From the NCBI GenBank assembly GCA_963743525.1, contig CAVUQH010000004.1, positions 32,001-96,000 on the forward strand: a DNA stretch of 64,000 nucleotides. Direction: 5' to 3'. The notes under the pieces were generated by a model. It was not told the origin of the DNA, ran no database searches, and was given only the letters and a program-made list of their open reading frames with translations. The stretch comes from an uncultured delta proteobacterium (GTDB taxonomy: Bacteria > Myxococcota_A > Polyangia > Haliangiales > Haliangiaceae). This document shows, in pieces, positions 1 through 9,165 of this stretch (position 1 is the first letter of the stretch; each line of letters opens with the position of its first letter). A program made the position numbers and the translations under genes.

Positions 1-107
1 ATGCTGCCGTCGGACAGCCACCAGGCGCCGGCGATGGCGCCGATCGCGACCAGCGCCGCCACCAGCGCCAGCGGGCTGACGAACGGCAGCCGCGGGCGCG
101 AGCTCAT
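1..107 (-). CDS. N-terminal fragment of a membrane-anchored/exported protein (runs off the window edge)
   Basis: ATG at 107-105 overlaps the TGA of the 104..751 gene (ATGA). Translates MSSRPRLPFVSPLALVAALVAIGAIAGAWWLSDGS..., a hydrophobic N-terminal helix. Confidence 0.6.
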   Translation of the reverse strand, partial: MSSRPRLPFVSPLALVAALVAIGAIAGAWWLSDGS

Positions 108-751
108 CTGACCCCCGCGCTGAACCAGATGGCAATGGCCACGTGGGTGAAGGCGAGCGTGAACATGGCGACGCCCAGCGGCACGTGCACCGTGTGCCAC
201 AGCGCCAGCAGCCGGCGCATGCGCGGCACTCGCTTGACCCGCTTCTGCAGCTTCGCACGCGCGGCGGTGAGCTGGCCGCGCTCGGCCTCGGGCACCTCGG
301 ACTCGGCGAGCCGGGCGTCGATATCGCGAAGCAGCCCGGCGAGCTCGGTCCGGCTCAGCTCGTCGCCGGCGACCGTGCGGGGAATCGCGGTGTAGAGATA
401 GCGGCCGACGAAACCGCTGACCACGACCACCGCGACGGCGATCGCGGTCCAGCCGGCGAGGCCGGAGAAGCTCCAGCTGGTGTGCAGGAGGATCAGCGCC
501 GGCCCGACGATGCCGGTGTAGATGTGGACCCGCAGCCAGCTCTTCATCGGGCCCCAGCGAGCGCGGTGCGACCGCTTGCGCAGCGAGTAGCCGATCTCGG
601 TGAACAGCATCAGCACGAAGCCGGCGATGCCGAGGCTGTGGCCGATGATGGCGCCGGGCTCGGTCTGCGGCGCGTGGGCCAGGCCGGCGTAGAGCGCCGC
701 CGCCACCGCGACGGTGAGACCCGCCCACACGAGCTCAGGAGCGCGCTGCAC
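104..751 (-). CDS. Integral membrane protein, cytochrome b / ferric-reductase-like transmembrane domain
   Basis: About 5 TM helices with His pairs (WLRVHIYTG...LILLH; WHTVHVPLG...FTH) typical of heme-b membrane subunits. Overlaps the FAD oxidoreductase gene. Confidence 0.7.
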   Translation of the reverse strand: MQRAPELVWAGLTVAVAAALYAGLAHAPQTEPGAIIGHSLGIAGFVLMLFTEIGYSLRKRSHRARWGPMKSWLRVHIYTGIVGPALILLHTSWSFSGLAGWTAIAVAVVVVSGFVGRYLYTAIPRTVAGDELSRTELAGLLRDIDARLAESEVPEAERGQLTAARAKLQKRVKRVPRMRRLLALWHTVHVPLGVAMFTLAFTHVAIAIWFSAGVR

Positions 752-2051
752 CGCGGTCCTCGCCGAGGGCGATCAGCTTGGCCAGCGCGCTGCCGGGGTC
801 GGCCTCGAGCCCCGCGCGCAATGGACCGAGCGGAATGCGCTGGCGGACCAGTCGGGTCAGCGCCCGCGCCGCTGCCGGATCGTTCATCACCACCGCGCCG
901 AGCAGGGTGTCGGCGCCGACCATCACGCGGATCCGCCGGCCCGGATCGTCGCCGGTGAGGGTCCAGGCGCTGGGCTGCACCCGCCAGCTCAGGCTGTCGC
1001 CGCGGGCGATGGTCAGCAGGTCGTGGTCGCCGTCGTCGTCGCGGCTGCCGACCGCGCCGATGATGGTGGTGGTGATGTGGCCGAGCCGGGTGACGTTGAG
1101 GCTGGGCGGGCGTCGGAAGCCGGCCGGCGCCCCGACCATGGCGGTGCCGGCGATCGCGCCGGCGGCCAGCGCGGTCGACCACAGGCTGTCGACCACGCCC
1201 TGCCCGGTCACCGGATCGGAGATCTCGGCGCAGTCACCGGCGGCGAAGACGCCGGGCACGCTGGTTTCGAAGCGCTGGTCGACGCGGATGCCGCGACCGA
1301 CCGCCAACCCCGCGGCGCGCGCCAGCTCGAGCCGCGGGCGCACGCCGATGGCGACCGCCAGCATCTGGCAGCGGATGGTGTCGCCGGCCTCGGTCTCGAC
1401 CCAGGCCAGCTTGCCGCGGTCGCCGACCGCGCGCGCGACCCTGGTGCGGTGATGCAGCACGATGCCCTGCTCGCTGACCGCATCCTCGACCCGGCGCGAC
1501 TCCTCGACGTCGAGCACACTCGACCAGTAGCGCGCGCCGCGCAGGAAGTAGTGGACGTCAACGTCGCGGGCGGCGAGCCCCTCGGCCAGCTCCAGGGCGG
1601 TCGGGCCGCCGCCGACCACCACCGCCGCCCTGGCCTTGTCGGCGCGGGCGATGATGTCGCGAGTCTGGTCGAGCTGGTCGAGCTGGACCACGCCGTCGAG
1701 GTCGCCGCCGGGGAAGTCGGGGGCGATGGCCTCGGCGCCGACCGCGAGCAACAGGCGATCGTAGGCGATGGGCGCGGCGCCGGCGACGTGGACCTCGCGG
1801 CGGACGACGTCGATGGCGGTGACGTCGGCGACCCGGCGATCGAGACGGAGCGCTGACAGCTCGGCGTCGGTGCGCAGGTGAAGCTGGCGCTCGGGGATGC
1901 TGCCGGTGAGCAGGTACGCCAGCCCGGGCCGCGAGTAGAACGGGTGCGGCTCGCGGCCGAGCATGATCAGCTCGGCGTTCGGATCGCGGCGGCGCACCGC
2001 CTCGGCGGCGGACAGCGCGGCGATGCCGGTGCCGATGAAGACGTGCCTCAC
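735..2051 (-). CDS. NAD(P)/FAD-dependent pyridine nucleotide-disulfide oxidoreductase (NirB/rubredoxin reductase-like)
   Basis: Motifs IGTGIAALSA, YSRPGL, YDRLLLAVG, VVVGGGPTALE and TSVPGVFAAGDC. GTG start at 2051 overlaps the ferredoxin stop (GTGA). Confidence 0.9.
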   Translation of the reverse strand: MRHVFIGTGIAALSAAEAVRRRDPNAELIMLGREPHPFYSRPGLAYLLTGSIPERQLHLRTDAELSALRLDRRVADVTAIDVVRREVHVAGAAPIAYDRLLLAVGAEAIAPDFPGGDLDGVVQLDQLDQTRDIIARADKARAAVVVGGGPTALELAEGLAARDVDVHYFLRGARYWSSVLDVEESRRVEDAVSEQGIVLHHRTRVARAVGDRGKLAWVETEAGDTIRCQMLAVAIGVRPRLELARAAGLAVGRGIRVDQRFETSVPGVFAAGDCAEISDPVTGQGVVDSLWSTALAAGAIAGTAMVGAPAGFRRPPSLNVTRLGHITTTIIGAVGSRDDDGDHDLLTIARGDSLSWRVQPSAWTLTGDDPGRRIRVMVGADTLLGAVVMNDPAAARALTRLVRQRIPLGPLRAGLEADPGSALAKLIALGEDRGAARS

Positions 2052-2287
2052 TCCTGCTCCTCGACCGGGCCGAAGTGGAGGACGTCGCGCGGGCAGCGGG
2101 CGATGCACTCGCCGCAGGTGATGCAGCGCTGGTCGATCACCGGAGTACCGACCCGGGCATGGCTGCGCACGTCGATGCCGATCGGGCAGTTGTAGCCGCA
2201 GATCCCGCACTGCACGCAGCGCTCGGGGTTGGACACCACGCATGCCTCCGCGAGCAGGCGGACCCTGGCCAGCAGGTCGTCAGCCAC
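2048..2287 (-). CDS. 2x[4Fe-4S] ferredoxin
   Basis: CVQCGICGYNCP and CITCGECIARCP motifs. Confidence 0.92.
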   Translation of the reverse strand: MADDLLARVRLLAEACVVSNPERCVQCGICGYNCPIGIDVRSHARVGTPVIDQRCITCGECIARCPRDVLHFGPVEEQE

Positions 2288-3095
2288 CGGCCGCCCCCAC
2301 GCCGCCGCGGGGCGATTCGTGCACCGCGTCGAGGTAGGTGCGATAGCTGACCGGCTCGTGGGTGCGCAGCAGCGCGGCCAGGGTCGCCTCGAGCGAGCGC
2401 CGGGTGGTGGCGCGGCGGACGTCCGGTGGGTGGACGGCCAGCCGGGTGTCGGCGGGCGGGCGGTGGCGCTGCAGCCACGCCCACGCCGCAGTGGCGCGGG
2501 CGTCGACCTCGGTCAACGAGCCCCAGCCGATCAACCGGCGGGCGAGGAGCGAGTTGCCTCGCGCGATGCCGCTGAAGCACTCGTGGAACGGCAGGCCGCG
2601 CTCGGCGACGACGGCGGCGGCGGCGGGCGACAGCAGCCAGGCCGGCGGTACGAAGCCGTAGACATGATCGGCCAGGCCGGCGCGGGCGAAGATGGCGTCG
2701 GCGGCGTCCAGCCGGCGGGCGGTGTCGGCGGCGTCGGTGCCGGCGAGCTCGCCCTCACCGCGGGCGAAGAAGCGCGCCGCCAGCCAGCGCGCCGGCGTGC
2801 GCGGCGACCGCGTCATCCGGTGGGTCAGGCCGTGGGCGACCAGCGTCGCACCGCCCTCGGCGAGATCGCGAACGAACGCGAGCGTGTCGGGGTCGTCGTC
2901 GAGGGCGACCCGGTCGTCGTGCAGCGGCACGACCAGCACGGTCAGCGCCGAGGTCGGCAGCCCGGCGCCGGCGAGCAGGTCGACCGCGTCGCGGCACGCG
3001 TCCACGGTCACCGGCGAGACGTCGTGCAGCGAGACCAGCAGCCGGGGCCGCGACGCCGCGTCGCGCTGGTCGTGGGGGGCGGCAGTGACGGGCAC
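2280..3095 (-). CDS. Polysaccharide deacetylase-like protein (DUF2334 / NodB-like fold)
   Basis: LVSLHDVSP, LVAHGLTH, EGE, GFVPPAW and RLAVHPPD motifs. Abuts the GT4 gene. Confidence 0.82.
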   Translation of the reverse strand: MPVTAAPHDQRDAASRPRLLVSLHDVSPVTVDACRDAVDLLAGAGLPTSALTVLVVPLHDDRVALDDDPDTLAFVRDLAEGGATLVAHGLTHRMTRSPRTPARWLAARFFARGEGELAGTDAADTARRLDAADAIFARAGLADHVYGFVPPAWLLSPAAAAVVAERGLPFHECFSGIARGNSLLARRLIGWGSLTEVDARATAAWAWLQRHRPPADTRLAVHPPDVRRATTRRSLEATLAALLRTHEPVSYRTYLDAVHESPRGGVGAAGG

Positions 3096-5450
3096 CTAGC
3101 CCCCCGTCATCGTGCGCCAGTGGTGCTCGAACCGGACCTGGCTCCAGCGGGCGACCATGGCCTCGCGCGCGTTCTTGCTCAGGCGCTCGGCGCGCTCGCG
3201 GTCGCCGAGCAGGCCGGCGATCGCCGAAGCCATGCCCTCGGCGCCAAACTCGTAGCACTCGCCGACGCCGCGACCGGCGACCATGGCCGCGATGTTGGTG
3301 TTGGCCGGGACGACCACCGGCAAGCCGCTGGACAGCGCCTCGAGGGTGACCAGGCCGAGGGTGTCGATCTGGCTGGCGAAGGCGAACACGGTGGCCGACG
3401 CGTACAGCCGGCCCAGGGTCTCGCCGCGCTGCTCGCCGACGAACCGCACCCACGGCAGCCCGTGGGCCCGCGCGACCAGGCGCTCGCGATCGGGACCGTC
3501 GCCGACGATGACCAGGATCGGCGCGCGGTCGAGGTGCTGGAGCCGGCCGACCGCGTCGATCACCAGGTCCAGGTTCTTCTCCGGCGACAGCCGGCCGACG
3601 CTGAGGACCACCGGCCGATCGCCGACCGCCACGTCAACCGACGCGAACACCGACCGGTCGATCCGGTGCGGGGTGAACTCGTGCGGATCGACCGCGACCG
3701 GGACCGTCTGGATCTTGTCGGGCGACACGCCGAGCTCGGTGAGCCGGGCGCGCGAGCCCTCGGAGAAGACGATCACCTTGTTGACCGAGCCGTAGAACCA
3801 CGACAGGTAGTGGCGGACCGCGCCGTGCAGCAGCGAGCTGCCGCTGAGCGCCAGCAGCAGCGCCGGGACCTCGGTGTGGTAGCTCGCCGTCATCGGCACG
3901 CGCATCAGTCGCGCGGCGATCATCCCGACCAGGCCCATCGGTCCGGGGGTGGCCAGCTCGACCCGGGTGATTCGCTCGCGCCACATCCAGTTGACGGTGC
4001 CGAGCAGCGACGGCACCTCGAACGCCAGCGACGGGTACAGCTTCGACCGGATCGTCCGCACCCCGGGGATGCGCCGGAACCACGACGGGTCACCGGCGCC
4101 GGGCTCGCCGCAGTGGGGAATGAACGCGGCCTTGCCGGCGGCGTGGGCCTGCGCGACGAACCGCTTGCACGACCGCGACACCCCGTCGGTGTGCGCGATC
4201 GAGTCGGAGAACAGGGCCAGTCGCTCGCACGCTGGCGCCAGCGGCGTCGCGGTCCACCCGGCCCGCACGTGGCGCACCTGAGCCTGCTGGCGGCCGAAGT
4301 GGTCGGCGGCGAACAGGAACGGCAGCGCCGTGGTGACCGCGCCGCCGAGATCGCGGACCGCGCCGAACAGCCGGTACATGTCAACGTCGCCGATCGCCTC
4401 GATCAGCTCGCTGATGGCCGTGTCGATCATCGCGTCGTTGAGCCGGGCGACGCCCTGCGCGACCCGGCGGTCGCTGTCGACCGAGGCCACGGTGTCGATG
4501 TGGGTGACGTCGAGGTCGTCGCCGAGAGCCAGGTCGGCCTTGGCTGCGCCCTTGATCAGGCTGCCGATGAAGTCGGCGGCCGGGTCGGTGGCGTCGCGCC
4601 GACCGGCGAGGACGTTGACCATGTTGACGAACGGGTCCTCGTAGCCGGGGCGCTTCTCGCCGCGGGCGCGGAGGAACGAGTAGGTCGTGTGCGAGACCCC
4701 GAGCGCGATCGCCGACAGGTCCGCCTGCTCACCGCACGGTCGGGCCTCGCCGCGCTGGACCGCGGCCAGGAACCCGGCGGGGTCGAAGCTGCCGGTCGTG
4801 ACCTCGGTGAAGACCGCCGCGGCCCGCCGGTGACAGTGGTCGTCGGAGCCGCCGACCAGGACGTGACGGGTCGGCGGGTCGGCAATGCCGTGCGCGGCGC
4901 CGACCCGGTGGGCCACCTCGGGGCCCCAGGCGGCGAGGATCTCGGCCAGGTCGTCGCGGATACGGGCGTCGAGCAGACCGTTGACCCCTTCCAGCACCGG
5001 GAAGGTCGCCAAGAGCTCCTCGAGCTTCTTGGCGTCGAGCTGCCAGTTCGGCGACATCAGCGGGTGGGCGACCGCGTGGGCGATCTTCTCGGCCCGCAGG
5101 TACTCGACCAGGCGGCGGACATCGCCGCGCCGGGCCTGGATCTGCTCGTGTTGGTCAGACCGGATGGCCCAGGCCAGCACGTGGACCACGCACCCGTCCG
5201 GGAAGCGGGTGGTGATCTCCTCGGACAGGAAGAAATCCGAGCGATCGACGAGCTCGAGGCCGCCCGCGATGGTGTCGTGGTCGGTGAGGGTGACCAGATC
5301 CATCCCGCGCTGCTTGCACAGCTCGTATTGCCGGACCGGAGAAGCATAGCTTTCCGGGCAATTGAACCGTCGAGAGAACCACTCACCCGAGTCGACGGAG
5401 GCACTCGAGTGCAGATGAAGGTCGCATCGGGTGACCCGACCTGGAGACAT
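3096..5450 (-). CDS. PHP-domain phosphoesterase fused to a family 4 glycosyltransferase
   Basis: N-terminal CDLHLHS, LTDHDT, AHP and GGSDDH (PHP). C-terminal TPGPMG, SYHT, VGRLSPEKN, VGDGP and DTLGLVTLEALSSGLPVV (GT4). Start taken at ATG 5450. Confidence 0.9.
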   Translation of the reverse strand: MSPGRVTRCDLHLHSSASVDSGEWFSRRFNCPESYASPVRQYELCKQRGMDLVTLTDHDTIAGGLELVDRSDFFLSEEITTRFPDGCVVHVLAWAIRSDQHEQIQARRGDVRRLVEYLRAEKIAHAVAHPLMSPNWQLDAKKLEELLATFPVLEGVNGLLDARIRDDLAEILAAWGPEVAHRVGAAHGIADPPTRHVLVGGSDDHCHRRAAAVFTEVTTGSFDPAGFLAAVQRGEARPCGEQADLSAIALGVSHTTYSFLRARGEKRPGYEDPFVNMVNVLAGRRDATDPAADFIGSLIKGAAKADLALGDDLDVTHIDTVASVDSDRRVAQGVARLNDAMIDTAISELIEAIGDVDMYRLFGAVRDLGGAVTTALPFLFAADHFGRQQAQVRHVRAGWTATPLAPACERLALFSDSIAHTDGVSRSCKRFVAQAHAAGKAAFIPHCGEPGAGDPSWFRRIPGVRTIRSKLYPSLAFEVPSLLGTVNWMWRERITRVELATPGPMGLVGMIAARLMRVPMTASYHTEVPALLLALSGSSLLHGAVRHYLSWFYGSVNKVIVFSEGSRARLTELGVSPDKIQTVPVAVDPHEFTPHRIDRSVFASVDVAVGDRPVVLSVGRLSPEKNLDLVIDAVGRLQHLDRAPILVIVGDGPDRERLVARAHGLPWVRFVGEQRGETLGRLYASATVFAFASQIDTLGLVTLEALSSGLPVVVPANTNIAAMVAGRGVGECYEFGAEGMASAIAGLLGDRERAERLSKNAREAMVARWSQVRFEHHWRTMTGG

Positions 5451-5602
5451 AGCTTGCGGAGGTACCACAAGCGCCGGCCGCAGGGGATTAAAAACGCCCA
5501 CCAATTCTGGCGGCGCAAGAATCGTACAGCCAGATGTGGCGATTCTCCCCACCGCGGGAACCCCTCGCAGTGCGCCCCGTCACTCGGGTAGGCTTCGCCG
5601 CA

Positions 5603-8071
5603 ATGTCTGGGTCGAGCCCGTCGACGAACGCCCGCGGCTACGTGGCGTGGATCGATCGGCACGCGTTCGCGATCGTGGCGGCGCATGTCGTCGCCCTGGC
5701 GGCATCGATCTACCTCATCATCTATCACCTGCCGCTGCGGGCCGACTTCGCCAACCTGCTGCCGCAAGACGCGCCGGCGGTGCGGGACATGCGCAAGCTC
5801 GAGGCCCGGCTTCGCACCAACGACACCGTGCTGGTCGTCGTCCAGGCGCCGACCGCGGCGGCGCGGGCGGCGGCGACGGCGGAAATGGAGGCGGCGGCCC
5901 GGGCCATACCGCACGACCTGGCGTCACGCGTCGACGGCGACGACGTCACGGCGCGCGCGTTCCTCGATGCCCACCGCTTCCACCTGGTGCCGCTGCCCGA
6001 GCTCGATCGCGCCCGGACCGCGCTCGCCGAGCGGATCAAGCAGGCCAAGCTCGACGCCAACCCGCTGTACATCGATCTCGAAGACGACGACGCCCAGCGC
6101 CAGGCAACCCGGCACGAGCTCGACGACCTGCGCGGGCGCTGGCGCGAAGCCGACGCCCGGTTGCGCCGGCCGAGCAACGTCAGCGCCGACGGCAAGGTAG
6201 CCCAGCTCCAGGTCAAGACCGCGATGTCGGCCACCGAGGTCGGCCGCGGTCAGGCGCTGCTCGACGCGCTGGCCGCGGCCCGGGCCAGGGTCATCGCCGA
6301 TCACCCCGGCGTGCAGATCGGCTTCGCCGGAGATCTGGTCACGGCGCTGTCCGAGCACGACGCGATCGTCCACGGGACTCTGGTGTCGTGCGTCGTGACC
6401 GCGCTCCTGGTCGGGCTGCTGCTGGCGCTCTACTTCCGCAGCGCCAACCTCCTCATCCTGCTCATCACGACCCTGGCGATCGGGACCACCGCATCGTTCG
6501 GCGCCGCCGCCCTGACCATCGGCCACCTCAACGCCGCGACTGCCTTCCTCGGCGCCATCATCGCCGGCAACGGCGTCAACTACGGCATCCTCCTCATCGC
6601 GCGCTTCCTCGAAGAGCGGCGCCGGCGCGAGCTTGACGACGCAGTGGCGGCGGCGATCGCGGGGACGGTGCGCCCGACCCTGGTCGCGTCGCTGGGCGCA
6701 TCGATCGCGTACGGCTCGCTGGCCGCGACCAGCTTCAAGGGCTTCGCCGACTTCGCCGTCATCGGCGCGCTGGGCATGGCCCTGTGCTGGACCGCGTCGT
6801 TCGTGCTGCTGCCCGTGCTGCTCCTCCGCTTCTCGCGGCGACCGCGAGCGTGCGAGGCGCCGATGGTCGGCGCGGTCCTGGTCCGCTGTCTCGGCTTTCG
6901 TCGACCGCAACTGGTGGTTGCCGTCGTCGGTGTGATGTTGGCCGCGGCCCTCGGCGTCGTCGTGCAATACGTCTCCGCCGACCCGTTCGAGTACGACATG
7001 CGCAACCTCGGCTCCGACGGCGCCGCCGCCCGCGCGGAGCGCCACTGGATGGGAGTGTCGCGCCAGCTGTTCGGACGCGGCATCGCCGGGCGCACCTTCA
7101 TCGCCGCCGATCGCCCGGATCAGGTGCCGCGGATCGTCGCCGCCCTGCGGCAGAAGGACCACGGCGTGCCGCCCGAGGAGCGCACGATCGGCTCGATCGA
7201 ATCGGTCCTCGACGTCATCCCCGCCGATCAGTCGGCCCGGCTGGCCCGACTGGCCGAGATCCGCACGATGCTCGACGACGAGGCGCTCGACGAGCTCGAC
7301 GACCACGAGCGCGCCGAGCTCGACGAGATGCGCCCACCGGCGAATCTGTCGCCAATCACCGTGATGTCGCTGCCACCCACCCTGCGCGAGCAGCTCACCG
7401 AGAAGAACGGCCGGGTCGGCTACGTGGTGTCGGTTCGCCCCGGCCCCCACCTCGACGAGCTCAACGGCCACGACGTCATTCGCTTCGCGGCTGCGGTCAG
7501 CACCCTCCACCTCGGCGACGGCGAGACGGTGACCACGTCGGGCCCGAGCGTCATCTTCGCCAACATCCTCGAGGTCGTCGCCCACGACGGCCCGGTGGTG
7601 ACGATCATCGCCGCCGCCGGACTGGTCGTGCTGGTCCTGTTCCTGGTCGGTGCCAACCGACGCGGAGCCGCGGTGCTGATCGCCACCGGCTCCGGCGCCC
7701 TGTTCATGGTCGCGACCTGCGCGCTGCTCCAGCTCAAGGTCAACTTCCTCGACTTCGTCGCCCTGCCGATCACACTGGGGCTGGGCGTCAACTATGCGAT
7801 CAACCTGGCGTACCGCCACCATCGCGCGGATGGTGGGACACCGTGCGAGGCGCTCCGCACCAGCGGCAGCGCGGTCCTGCTCTGCTCGCTGACCACGGTG
7901 ATCGGCTACGGCTCACTGCTGGTCAGCCAGAACCTGGCGATTCGCGGATTCGGCGCCGCCTCGCTGATCGGCGAGATCACCAGCGTGCTGACCGCGCTGA
8001 TCCTGGTTCCGGCGCTGCTGGCAATTCCGTCCCGTCGGTTCTATCGAGCAACCCATCGGAGGCTTCCGTGA
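5603..8071 (+). CDS. MMPL/RND family transporter (HpnN-like lipid exporter)
   Basis: Two 6-TM halves with large periplasmic loops. Motifs IIAGNGVNYGI and ITLGLGVNYAI, LTTVIGYGSL. Confidence 0.88.
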   Translation: MSGSSPSTNARGYVAWIDRHAFAIVAAHVVALAASIYLIIYHLPLRADFANLLPQDAPAVRDMRKLEARLRTNDTVLVVVQAPTAAARAAATAEMEAAARAIPHDLASRVDGDDVTARAFLDAHRFHLVPLPELDRARTALAERIKQAKLDANPLYIDLEDDDAQRQATRHELDDLRGRWREADARLRRPSNVSADGKVAQLQVKTAMSATEVGRGQALLDALAAARARVIADHPGVQIGFAGDLVTALSEHDAIVHGTLVSCVVTALLVGLLLALYFRSANLLILLITTLAIGTTASFGAAALTIGHLNAATAFLGAIIAGNGVNYGILLIARFLEERRRRELDDAVAAAIAGTVRPTLVASLGASIAYGSLAATSFKGFADFAVIGALGMALCWTASFVLLPVLLLRFSRRPRACEAPMVGAVLVRCLGFRRPQLVVAVVGVMLAAALGVVVQYVSADPFEYDMRNLGSDGAAARAERHWMGVSRQLFGRGIAGRTFIAADRPDQVPRIVAALRQKDHGVPPEERTIGSIESVLDVIPADQSARLARLAEIRTMLDDEALDELDDHERAELDEMRPPANLSPITVMSLPPTLREQLTEKNGRVGYVVSVRPGPHLDELNGHDVIRFAAAVSTLHLGDGETVTTSGPSVIFANILEVVAHDGPVVTIIAAAGLVVLVLFLVGANRRGAAVLIATGSGALFMVATCALLQLKVNFLDFVALPITLGLGVNYAINLAYRHHRADGGTPCEALRTSGSAVLLCSLTTVIGYGSLLVSQNLAIRGFGAASLIGEITSVLTALILVPALLAIPSRRFYRATHRRLP

Positions 8072-8073
8072 GC

Positions 8074-9153
8074 ATGCGCAAACTGTCAACGTGTTTGGTG
8101 ATCCTGAGCCTGCAGGCGTGCAGCCGATCGCACACGCCGCAGCCGTCGAAGGAGCCCGTCCAGCCCGCACCCGAGGCCAGCGTGGCGGCGAGCCCGGAGC
8201 CGGTCCCAACAGCCGAACCGTCGCTGCCGCTGGTCCACGTGGCGGACGTCAACCTTCCGGGCAAGTCGGTGCGATTCGACTATCAAGATGTCGATCCGAT
8301 GACCGGCAACCTGGTCATCGCGCACATGAACGCGGGGTCCGTGGTCATCGTCAAGACCAGTGACGGATCCCTGGTGAAGGAAATCACGGACATCCGCACG
8401 CCCCGTGGAATCGTCGTCGCCGACGACGCCGGCCGGATCTTCGTGACCAGCATGCCCAACAAGCTGGTGATCCTCGACAACACCAGCTTCGAAGAGCTTG
8501 CCCGGGTCGACACCGGCACGGCGCCCGACGGAGTCGGCTGGGATCCCTACGACCGCATCGTCGGAGTGTCCGACCAGCGCGACGGCGCTGTATCGCTGAT
8601 CTCCGACGCGGGCAACGGCGAGCGGGTGCAGGTTCCGCTCGGCCGCGAGACGGGCAACGTGGTCTTCGACTCCACGAGTCACCGGTTCTGGGTCACCGTG
8701 GTCGAGAACAAGGGCGCCAACCAGCTCGTGTCCATCGACCCGAACGCCGCGCGTGTGGAGACGAGCATCCCCTTGCCCGGTTGCGACGGCGCGCACGGTC
8801 TGCGCATCCACCCGGACGGGAAGAGCGCGCTGATTGCCTGCGAAGACAACGCCAAAGTCGCCCGCGTCAACCTCGGCGGCGACCACACCATCGTGATGGC
8901 CGACTCGGGCGCAGATCCCGACGTCGTGACGATCGATGTCGGCTTCGGCTGGCTCTACGTCGCAGCCGAGAGCGGCGACCTCGTCGTCTTCGACCTCGGC
9001 AAGCCCGGGCTGGTCCCGATCGATCGCGAGCACGTCGCCGCCCACGCGCACTCGGTCGGCGTCGATCCCATCACCCACCGCGTCTTCTTCCCACTGGTCG
9101 CGGGCAAGAACGGTACGCCAGTGCTGCGGATCATGAAGCCCGCGGGGGTGTAG
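8074..9153 (+). CDS. YVTN/YncE-like beta-propeller lipoprotein
   Basis: Lipobox LQAC, a Pro-rich linker and repeated strands (RFDY, PRGI, PDGV, AHGL, AHSVGVDP). Follows the MMPL gene directly. Confidence 0.78.
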   Translation: MRKLSTCLVILSLQACSRSHTPQPSKEPVQPAPEASVAASPEPVPTAEPSLPLVHVADVNLPGKSVRFDYQDVDPMTGNLVIAHMNAGSVVIVKTSDGSLVKEITDIRTPRGIVVADDAGRIFVTSMPNKLVILDNTSFEELARVDTGTAPDGVGWDPYDRIVGVSDQRDGAVSLISDAGNGERVQVPLGRETGNVVFDSTSHRFWVTVVENKGANQLVSIDPNAARVETSIPLPGCDGAHGLRIHPDGKSALIACEDNAKVARVNLGGDHTIVMADSGADPDVVTIDVGFGWLYVAAESGDLVVFDLGKPGLVPIDREHVAAHAHSVGVDPITHRVFFPLVAGKNGTPVLRIMKPAGV

Positions 9154-9165
9154 AACGCCGTCGCC

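Noticed and set aside
2229..5591. 1120-aa plus-strand ORF, and similar long ORFs such as 17764..20871, 5924..7822 and 52269..55124
   Set aside because: These are shadow ORFs of high-GC coding sequence. They overlap well-supported genes and have no motifs.
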